Shown here one piece after another: positions 9,276-17,095 of a stretch of 64,000 bases of DNA. Source of the DNA: a virus; UHGV virus genome UHGV-1362809; one strand, 5' to 3'. Within the stretch, counting starts at the first letter, position 1; each line of letters opens with the position of its first letter. The translations under genes and the position numbers were made by a program. Below the pieces are notes generated by a model. That model was not told where the DNA came from, ran no database searches, and saw nothing but the letters and a program-made list of their open reading frames with translations.

Positions 9276-10357
9276 ATTGTACTACAGATGGATTTATACG
9301 CAACTTTATCTTTTTTGTAATTAAATCTAATAAAGTTATCAAATACTTCCATTGTTGTAGCCTTACCGCTAATATTATCTACAACGTCTAACAACATAAA
9401 TTCCTGCAACTGACATTCGTTCAAAGTTCCCTTCGTGTTTACATCGATCTTGGAACTTAACGATCCCAACTCTGAACTGCATCGAATCGTCATAACTCCT
9501 TTTTTGACATCCATCAAAATAAAACTGGACGCTACCTTAACCGATTGAGTGTAGGTAATAGCGTCACAAAGTTTAGAAACGTCAAAATCCTCTATGACCA
9601 ACTTAGATTTCCAGGACTTACTAATTTCATTATATTTATCTATTGGCATCAAGGTATTAATAACAATCTGAGGTAAACAAATCTGCATTGACTTATTTAC
9701 GAGATAAATACAGTTTTGGTCGTGCAAAATTTCAAACTTATCCTGGAACATAGAAAGAATATCCACGTATTGAACGGGAATATGAATTTCAAATTTATCC
9801 ATTTTTTCTTTCATGCAGGCGTAAGTTCCGTGATAACGGTCAATACACAAAAATTCAATCTTAGAGCCATCAGAAGAAACAATAACTTCCAACTGCGATT
9901 CATTTTCACTCAAAGCAGGTGAGGGCGAAACACAAATGTTACTCATAACCTTGAGAATTTCATCTCTTAGATTATCAAATTTAAACAGCTTTTTAGCATT
10001 AGACGTATCAATATTTACTTCCTCATAAGCAAATGTGGTAAGATTCCCTTTAAACTTACCGCACTTGAAGTCCATAATTCTATCATCTAAGCTAAAGTCA
10101 ATTTCGTTAAATCGGCTCAAAGCAGGCAAAAAAGTATCAAGACTAACACAAAAACTACAGTCTTTACCATTCTTGACGCAATCCTTAACCTTGTACTTCA
10201 TTTTATAAAAGTCTGATTGTGCTGACACCCAACAATCGGAACCTTTAATATCCAAATTTACTTTTTCAACAGGAGATACTTTTCTGCAAAGAGAAATCCC
10301 CTCGACAACTTTTTTAATATCCAAAGACATAGTAGATGCCATTTTTATTTGCTCCAT
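9272..10357 (-). CDS. hypothetical protein; possible sliding-clamp (DnaN/gp45-like) candidate by size and position only
   Basis: 361 aa, near DnaN length, alternating hydrophobic pattern; clamp loader encoded elsewhere in the window. No diagnostic motif. Confidence 0.25.
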   Translation of the reverse strand: MEQIKMASTMSLDIKKVVEGISLCRKVSPVEKVNLDIKGSDCWVSAQSDFYKMKYKVKDCVKNGKDCSFCVSLDTFLPALSRFNEIDFSLDDRIMDFKCGKFKGNLTTFAYEEVNIDTSNAKKLFKFDNLRDEILKVMSNICVSPSPALSENESQLEVIVSSDGSKIEFLCIDRYHGTYACMKEKMDKFEIHIPVQYVDILSMFQDKFEILHDQNCIYLVNKSMQICLPQIVINTLMPIDKYNEISKSWKSKLVIEDFDVSKLCDAITYTQSVKVASSFILMDVKKGVMTIRCSSELGSLSSKIDVNTKGTLNECQLQEFMLLDVVDNISGKATTMEVFDNFIRFNYKKDKVAYKSICSTM

Positions 10358-10773
10358 TCGTCTATAATTTGTTTACATTGTTTAATAGTATTTACAATAA
10401 CACTATCTTGGTGTGTATTTTTGATTGCATACAAATACCAAGGACTATATTCTTCTTTTAGCACCACAATCAATCGTTTTTTAGACCCGATAAGACTGTG
10501 CAATTCCATGGTTGTTCCCGGCGAACAAAACGGTACATAAAACACCAAAAAATCACACTTAGACATTGCATAAATGTCCGACTTACATACAGTATTGTAG
10601 TCTTGATAATACCACTTATCTGGTCTAATATAATTTATTTTGTTTGAATCCTTAAACAATGACCGCCAGTTGAAGTGAGAATTGTATTTACCAATAGGAC
10701 CTCCTAAGTATACATTCAATTTAGATTTAGAAAATAATTTATCTACTTCGGGAAACTTTTTAAACCACATCAT
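10345..10773 (-). CDS. nucleoside 2-deoxyribosyltransferase-like protein
   Basis: VYLGGPI and GTTMELHS resemble the YLAGP ... GTxxE motifs of the nucleoside deoxyribosyltransferase / Rcl fold. Confidence 0.4.
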   Translation of the reverse strand: MMWFKKFPEVDKLFSKSKLNVYLGGPIGKYNSHFNWRSLFKDSNKINYIRPDKWYYQDYNTVCKSDIYAMSKCDFLVFYVPFCSPGTTMELHSLIGSKKRLIVVLKEEYSPWYLYAIKNTHQDSVIVNTIKQCKQIIDEWSK

Positions 10774-10927
10774 TTCATAGACTCGTCTCGTAACATAGGC
10801 TTTATCATAACAACCATCACACTACAGTTTTAGGATAGCCATCATAGTATTCTTTAGATATACAACCCATTTTAGTTCTCCTTTGTACAGGTTTCCAATT
10901 ATATATTGTACTATAAGTCTAGTACAG

Positions 10928-12118
10928 TCAATAAGTATGCAGCATACCCTTAGAAAACTTTTTAGCCTTACCATATTTACTCAACCAATTTTTCACTTGG
11001 TCTAAATTCCAAAATTCTATATACCTGAGACCGTTCCGTTTAGCAACTTTACGTTTTAATGGGTCTTTAACAGCCCACACATCAATGGCAATTTTATAAT
11101 ACTTCGACTTCTTACTTTTTTTAACCCACACATCTAACTTTTTATTGTCTGCTTGACTAAAAGGTTTACCGCCATGAGTCCAACTACCATTATATTCTAT
11201 ATACAAATCAAACTTAGGAATATAAAAGTCGCAATTAAAAGGATATAAATTAGAACTATACTGCCTTAAAACATTACGCTTATCAAAGGCTTTACACAGC
11301 AACTTATAAATAGCTTCTTCTGGTTGAGAAGTATTAAATGTACCATTATTTCTCTTAGTAGCATTTGCCTTTTCTATAACAATACCACTTTGCATAGGAT
11401 GGCACACACCATACTTAGATTTGTTAGTACGTTGTCTGTTTAACTCCCTATCTTTATCATCCAAAAGGTCTTTAAACTGTTGTGTTTGAGTATACTTACA
11501 ACCATATTTTTCATTCCAAGTTTTAAGAGTTTTCTTTCTTTGTTCTATACCCCATAAAGAACATGAATTTCCATACCTGTACACATTTGTTTTTCGAGCC
11601 TTATTTTTTAGCTCTTTGTTTTTAGATGGATTATCCACACCATAATTATCAATGCACGTCTTAGCCTTTTTAGCTTTTACGGACTCAAGTTGAGACGGGT
11701 TTTCTACGCCGTATTTAGACATGCACGATTCTTTAATCTTAGACAACACTTCCTTACTTTTAGATGGATTATCTACACCAAATTTTTCGATACTTGTATT
11801 TTTAAAACTGTTATATTTGTGTGGGTCTAAGTCCGCACATTTTTGACTACAATGAAGAGCATATTCTCTATGAAACAAAATTGGTCTAGAACAAACGGGA
11901 CAATAAAACTTGGATACCTTTAAATCTCTTAAATTGTTTTTGTACCAATAACTTAGTTCAGAGGGAGTAAACAAACCACTAAATCTGAAATCAAATTCCT
12001 TGTACAAATTAGAAGAAGGCACCACGTTCTTAACATTAGGATACTTCTTTCTAAGCATTCTTATACAAACTTTTATATCGTCAATATTGGCAGTAAGTTT
12101 ACTCTTAGTCCACTGCAT
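10928..12118 (-). CDS. Vsr/DUF559-like homing endonuclease family protein with KYGVxNPSK tandem repeats
   Basis: Repeats KFGVDNPSKSKE / KYGVENPSQLES / NYGVDNPSKNKE; C-terminal FDLYIEYNGSWTHGGK ... LRYIEFWNLDQV; Cys zinc finger CPVCS..HCSQKCAD. Confidence 0.55.
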   Translation of the reverse strand: MQWTKSKLTANIDDIKVCIRMLRKKYPNVKNVVPSSNLYKEFDFRFSGLFTPSELSYWYKNNLRDLKVSKFYCPVCSRPILFHREYALHCSQKCADLDPHKYNSFKNTSIEKFGVDNPSKSKEVLSKIKESCMSKYGVENPSQLESVKAKKAKTCIDNYGVDNPSKNKELKNKARKTNVYRYGNSCSLWGIEQRKKTLKTWNEKYGCKYTQTQQFKDLLDDKDRELNRQRTNKSKYGVCHPMQSGIVIEKANATKRNNGTFNTSQPEEAIYKLLCKAFDKRNVLRQYSSNLYPFNCDFYIPKFDLYIEYNGSWTHGGKPFSQADNKKLDVWVKKSKKSKYYKIAIDVWAVKDPLKRKVAKRNGLRYIEFWNLDQVKNWLSKYGKAKKFSKGMLHTY

Positions 12119-12875
12119 ACAACATACTCCTGCTAAACCGTTTATAATGGCAGTAAGTATTAGCCCAATGTACTATTTGGTCTAAGTGCCAAAACTCAAT
12201 ATGCCTAAGATTATTCTTTTTAGCAATTTTACGTTTTAATGGGTCTCTAATTGTCCACGTTTGCAACGCTTCCCTATAGTACAGACATTTTTTACACAGT
12301 TTATTCCACTTATATACCATCAACCTATGAGACTTTTTACGAGGATTAAAAGGCTCGTGACAAATACCGTCTCCATGAGTCCAGCTACCATTATACTCTA
12401 TGTAGAGATCAAACTTTGGCAAGTAAAAATCACAGCTGAACGGGTATAAATCCGAATGATACTGTCTTCTTACTTGCCTTTTACCAAAAGACTTACATAA
12501 TAGTTTATAAATGTGTTCTTCCTGTAAAGAAGTATTGAACGTTCCATTAGTCTTGCGAGTTTCAAGTTTTTTGGTCTTAACATCTAATAATTTGGATACA
12601 TTGGATACACCATATTTATTTTTACAGGTAGTAGCTCTCTTTTTAGACGTACAAACATCCAGTTGCGAACATTTACAGCTACAGTGTTTTGGAAAATAAC
12701 AGTATGTCTTGTCATAAGTAACCCTGCTCCCGCAAACCCTGCAAAACAAAGTACTCTCGTTAAATAATATATTTTTATTTTTATACCAGTAGGAAAATTC
12801 AGGGGCAGAGAGTAAATTACTAAATTTAGAATTAAATTCCCTGTAACAAAAAGACGTTTTTGGAACTTTAATCAA
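12105..12875 (-). CDS. Vsr/DUF559-like homing endonuclease family protein (shorter paralogue)
   Basis: CRVCGS...CSCKCSQ zinc finger, one KYGVSNVSK repeat, C-terminal FDLYIEYNGSWTHGDG ... LRHIEFWHLDQI. Confidence 0.5.
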   Translation of the reverse strand: MIKVPKTSFCYREFNSKFSNLLSAPEFSYWYKNKNILFNESTLFCRVCGSRVTYDKTYCYFPKHCSCKCSQLDVCTSKKRATTCKNKYGVSNVSKLLDVKTKKLETRKTNGTFNTSLQEEHIYKLLCKSFGKRQVRRQYHSDLYPFSCDFYLPKFDLYIEYNGSWTHGDGICHEPFNPRKKSHRLMVYKWNKLCKKCLYYREALQTWTIRDPLKRKIAKKNNLRHIEFWHLDQIVHWANTYCHYKRFSRSMLYAVD

Positions 12876-12970
12876 ATTAGGATACTTAGTACGAGGAAAA
12901 TGTATATTTTTCCTTATACTATTCCTGTATTTAGATATTTTACTCTTAGTCCACTACATAATATTTCCTT

Positions 12971-15883
12971 TTACACGGTATCATCCGTTACATTTTCCAC
13001 CTGTAAGTCATCTATATACTGGTCAAAATAAAAAGTTTCAGATGCATAATCTCCACCAAGACTATCCTTAATTTCCTTGTATCTACATTTTCTCAGTACT
13101 TCAAAGTTGTGCAACATCTTTTCATACTGTTCTTTTGTATAAGTCTGCCCTAATTCTTCTTTTTTACCTTTTAAGGCGTCTTGTACAAGTTTAAGAAAAC
13201 CATCTTTGGTGAAATCCCATTTCTCCGCATTGTTACCTGACCAACCTATATCGAACTCCATAACCAAGTTGACTAAAAATCTAAAGTCCCATACTTTACG
13301 CATATATGTGTGTACCAAAGTTGTATAACAATGTTCCACAAGATATAATGCAATGGGTAAGTTAGCCAAAGGTGCTTCAGCCTCGATGGAATCATGGACG
13401 ACGTTACAATGGTGTATTCCTAAATTGATGCCTTTTGAACCAAAGTACTTCCAACACATCTTTTTAAGAAGATAACCACCGATAAAGTTAATATCCGATG
13501 CGTGTCCTTGAATTACGGAGTTAGGTCCTTTTCTATCCATTGACGATGTAATGGATTCATCATCATAAAGATACCCCCACAAATGACGGATACGACCGTT
13601 TGGATACTTTGCTAAACAAGTTTTAGACGCAACATACTGAATTTTCTTAATCCATTCGCCACCCTTTTTAAACTTGGTAAACATCAGCTTAATAAGGTCT
13701 TTTGCCTGTTGCACTGTACCTTTAATGTCCAACGACAAGGAATGAGGTCCTTTACCATAAATAACCCCGAATACGACCTGCTTAACAGACTGACGTTCCT
13801 CGGACGTTTTTGGATACCTACCATAAAAGAATTTGTAATTTAGTTTGTGTACGTCCCCCTCCACTTCAAACCGTTCTAACAGCTCCTTATTATCTTTACC
13901 CTTAAAGTCATTTATACGAAGCTGGTTACTTAAATCTAGAGAATGTTTAAATGGTGCTGCAATACTTGGATCTTGACTAACGTTACCCCAGTCTCTAACT
14001 TCCTGTGCTGAATAGTCAGCGTGAAACTGTACAAAACTATGTTTAGACGGGGTGCAAATAAACTGTCTACGAATTGCTCCTACCATCAACTTAGAGTTTT
14101 CGTCCTTAGCATGGCTCGGAATCTGTTGTTGGTTTGGATTTGAACAAGCAGCACGTCCAGTAACAACACCACTAAACCCATAGCTACAACGCAGGCGACC
14201 ATCTAATCTTAAATCATCGTCAGTTTTGAAACGTTGGTAGGTTGCATTAATGTATGCCGATTTCAGTTTTGAAACACGCCTAAATTCTTGTAAAACTTTT
14301 ACTTCCTCTACCTCGGCATATTGAGTTAAAAATTCTTTATCAGTTTTACCCATACCCTTAGCATTATATTCTAACACAGGAAGTTTCATCACCTTGAAAT
14401 AAAGAGCGTCCTTATCAAACTCCTTACCTAAATCCAGCACCCACGAAGGACTACCACCAAAAATACCACCATCAGTCGGCATACCAAGTTTTTTGAGTTT
14501 AAGAACATTAGCTTTTTGAGCGTTTTTAGATGTTTGTAACATTTTGTTGACGTTTTCAGACACAGTTCCAAAAATACTACCCTTAGCAATCTGCTTTAAA
14601 ATATGCTTTTTGTCAACATAAACCCCTAAGTATTCCATCTCCGACATAACATAGATCATACGACCCAACTGCTTGGTAACACAATCAAAAAAGTTAGGAT
14701 TTTGAAATGCTTTGGCTATTTGTTGCTGGTACCGAGCTATAAAATATGGTACGATAACATCCTTAACACCGTACTCCATAATTTGTTTTAAGGAAAAGGA
14801 CTCCATATTACCACGGTCATCCTTTGTAATATCGCCAGTATTATAAGCATCACTGCCATACTCTAAGGATAACTGCCCCAATGAATACGGTTTAAGAATA
14901 CTCATACCTTTAAGAAGCTTACGGTTTTCTTCCAGACAAAACTCCCCTGCAATCGTATCATAAATAAGATGATTATACCACTGATAATGAGATATATTTT
15001 TAATCTGTTCAAGGTCGAACTTTGCATTATGGTAGATTGTATACTTAGACTTACCTCTTTCACACCAATCTTTAAAACCTTGATTAATAAGGTCTAACTG
15101 TTTACCGTTAAAAGGAGAGTCCTTATGTTGATAGGGAATAAACCATACTGTATCCTTATCCGTCATAACTTGGATTGTCAACAAACGGTTAGATACTCTA
15201 TACAAGTTGACAGTTTCAGTATCAATACAAGGTGTCTTACTTTCGTTTAAAGCTCTAAAAAACTTTTTAATTTTAGATGTATCGTCTACATATATTTGCT
15301 TCGGTGTTGAATATACAAAGTCAATACCAGATAGGTATGTAACCAACTGTTTAATAACATAACCGCAACAATATGCTAAGGATGGTTCATACTGCACTCT
15401 ATCTGTAAGACCATACAAGGAAATAGAACGTATGTATGTAATACTGTCTTCCTTTTGAATTTGACCAATTTTAATATGCCGTTTTTGAAGGAATGTGTCT
15501 AAGTAAAAAACTAAATCTGGCTGATACTTCTGAATTATCAAGTCGATGTTTTTTTCACAATGAAGATAATAGTCCCCTCGACCACCGTCAGACATACCTC
15601 TTGAAGAAGCTTGGTTGAATGGTATCAACAAACACTCTTTTATATTTGGAGTATAGTGATTAACAATCTTAAGAAGATTTTCCCATACTGTTTGACCGTA
15701 TTCGGTAAGAACACAGCCCTGTTTATAAGCTTCCTTACATAGATTATCAGATACAAATAATACCTTTTTACCTTTAGGATTTAAAGTATACTTCAAGGAA
15801 TAAATCTTTTTAAAATCTAAGTCAAATTTATCCTGAAACTTAAAGGGAACATATACACGTTGAATATCCATTTTAATCCTCAT
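12971..15883 (-). CDS. family A DNA polymerase with 3'-5' proofreading exonuclease domain
   Basis: Exo I CIDTETVN, Exo II YHNAKFDLEQI, Exo III YGVKDVIVPY. Pol motif A HADYSAQEVR, motif B KQVVFGVIYGKG, motif C VVHDSIEAE. Confidence 0.85.
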   Translation of the reverse strand: MRIKMDIQRVYVPFKFQDKFDLDFKKIYSLKYTLNPKGKKVLFVSDNLCKEAYKQGCVLTEYGQTVWENLLKIVNHYTPNIKECLLIPFNQASSRGMSDGGRGDYYLHCEKNIDLIIQKYQPDLVFYLDTFLQKRHIKIGQIQKEDSITYIRSISLYGLTDRVQYEPSLAYCCGYVIKQLVTYLSGIDFVYSTPKQIYVDDTSKIKKFFRALNESKTPCIDTETVNLYRVSNRLLTIQVMTDKDTVWFIPYQHKDSPFNGKQLDLINQGFKDWCERGKSKYTIYHNAKFDLEQIKNISHYQWYNHLIYDTIAGEFCLEENRKLLKGMSILKPYSLGQLSLEYGSDAYNTGDITKDDRGNMESFSLKQIMEYGVKDVIVPYFIARYQQQIAKAFQNPNFFDCVTKQLGRMIYVMSEMEYLGVYVDKKHILKQIAKGSIFGTVSENVNKMLQTSKNAQKANVLKLKKLGMPTDGGIFGGSPSWVLDLGKEFDKDALYFKVMKLPVLEYNAKGMGKTDKEFLTQYAEVEEVKVLQEFRRVSKLKSAYINATYQRFKTDDDLRLDGRLRCSYGFSGVVTGRAACSNPNQQQIPSHAKDENSKLMVGAIRRQFICTPSKHSFVQFHADYSAQEVRDWGNVSQDPSIAAPFKHSLDLSNQLRINDFKGKDNKELLERFEVEGDVHKLNYKFFYGRYPKTSEERQSVKQVVFGVIYGKGPHSLSLDIKGTVQQAKDLIKLMFTKFKKGGEWIKKIQYVASKTCLAKYPNGRIRHLWGYLYDDESITSSMDRKGPNSVIQGHASDINFIGGYLLKKMCWKYFGSKGINLGIHHCNVVHDSIEAEAPLANLPIALYLVEHCYTTLVHTYMRKVWDFRFLVNLVMEFDIGWSGNNAEKWDFTKDGFLKLVQDALKGKKEELGQTYTKEQYEKMLHNFEVLRKCRYKEIKDSLGGDYASETFYFDQYIDDLQVENVTDDTV

Positions 15884-15923
15884 ATAAAACGATGTTGTTA
15901 TTATTTACAACAAGGACAAAAAT

Positions 15924-15951
15924 AAGGGTTGGGAAATTAATCCCAACCCTT
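15924..15951 (-). terminator. GC-rich hairpin plus T-run on the minus strand, between the 120-aa gene and the DNA polymerase gene
   Basis: AAGGGTTGGGA..TCCCAACCCTT stem followed on the minus strand by ATTTTTGT. Confidence 0.45.
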
Positions 15952-15968
15952 AGATTAGTTAAAAGGTA

Positions 15969-16331
15969 TTAACCTTCAACTGCGGAAGCTTCAACGAACT
16001 GAGATTTGATGTTGATAACAGTGCCATCTTCTGTCGTAACCTTAACGAAACCAGTCAAGTCACCTTTTGAAGTAGCCCCTTCCCAGAAACCAACTTCCGA
16101 GAAATCTGACAGTGCTGCAACCGAACCTTCACCACCTGCTTCACCTTCAATGTACACAATTTTTTCAGTAGGAATGAAACGATTGATACGTTTGGACGAA
16201 CGAGGTTTCTTATGATTGATTTCAACACCTTCTTCAGTAATGCTCAAAATGTTGCCTTCATAAATGTCAACACCTTTTGCAGTTGCGGAAACCGAATATG
16301 TAATCGCCGAAGCTTTAACTTTCTTAGCCAT
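15969..16331 (-). CDS. hypothetical protein (Ala/Gly/Glu-rich, higher GC than surroundings)
   Basis: 120-aa ORF starting MAKKVKA. Confidence 0.45.
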   Translation of the reverse strand: MAKKVKASAITYSVSATAKGVDIYEGNILSITEEGVEINHKKPRSSKRINRFIPTEKIVYIEGEAGGEGSVAALSDFSEVGFWEGATSKGDLTGFVKVTTEDGTVINIKSQFVEASAVEG

Positions 16332-16385
16332 TTTTCATACCTTTACGTTGATGGGTGAGAGGTTAAACCTCTCACCCTTGTTTCA

Positions 16386-16796
16386 TTACTTACGACCACG
16401 ACCTTTTGCGGGAGCTTTCTTTGCGGGAGCTTTCTTTGCAGGAGCTTTTTTCGCAGGAGCTTTCTTTGCAGGAGCTTTTTTACCACCTTTTTTCACAGGC
16501 TCTTCGTCTTCATCGTCGTCATCATCATCTTCGTCGTCTTCATCGTCGTCTTCATCGTCGTCATCATCTTCGTCGTCTTCTTCATCATCTTCATCGTCGT
16601 CATCGTCGTCTTCATCGTCGTCATCATCTTCTTCATCATCTTCGTCGTCTTCGTCTTCATCGTCGTCATCTTCGTCGCCGCCTTCCTGAGCTGCCAACAT
16701 ATCAGTAGCAACTGTCAAAATTGCGTTCAGACGGTCTTCGTCCAATTCAGCCAAGATTTCTTCGATTTTCGCAACAACTTTATTCTGTTTAGCCAT
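16386..16796 (-). CDS. acidic-tract protein: helical N-terminus, about 70-aa poly-Asp/Glu tract, C-terminal (KKAPA)x5 basic repeats
   Basis: Protein MAKQNKVVAKIEEILAELDEDRL...(D/E)n...KKAPAKKAPAKKAPAKKAPAKKAPAKGRGRK. Five 15/16-bp tandem DNA repeats at 16406-16485. Confidence 0.5.
   Translation of the reverse strand: MAKQNKVVAKIEEILAELDEDRLNAILTVATDMLAAQEGGDEDDDDEDEDDEDDEEDDDDDEDDDDDDEDDEEDDEDDDDDEDDDEDDEDDDDDDEDEEPVKKGGKKAPAKKAPAKKAPAKKAPAKKAPAKGRGRK
16406..16485 (-). repeat. 5 x 15/16-bp tandem repeat (TTGCGGGAGCTTTCT) encoding KKAPA units
   Basis: Direct reading of the sequence. Confidence 0.8.
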
Positions 16797-17095
16797 TTTA
16801 AGTTCTCCATATATGAAAGGTTGTCTACGACTAAATAAACAACCACGTTTATAACCAACGATATTTACAATATCGCCTTTAATTCGTATCGCAAGCGTGT
16901 ATTACTCTACGATACCATTCATCGACATTTACAATAATGCAAATCGCAATATGTAATGCCAACCGTAAGCGTCCCTACTTTACTATGTACCGAGGAAGTT
17001 GCACGTTTAGGCAACAACCCCGATACAGGTCTTGTAATACACGCTTACAAAACTTTATGATTATGACAAATCACCCAAAGTTATTTTACAATACT

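Noticed and set aside
16264-16689. Plus-strand 141-aa ORF encoding poly-Ser and poly-AGAFF
   Set aside because: It is the reverse complement of the minus-strand acidic / KKAPA gene. The low-complexity antisense frame stays open by chance.
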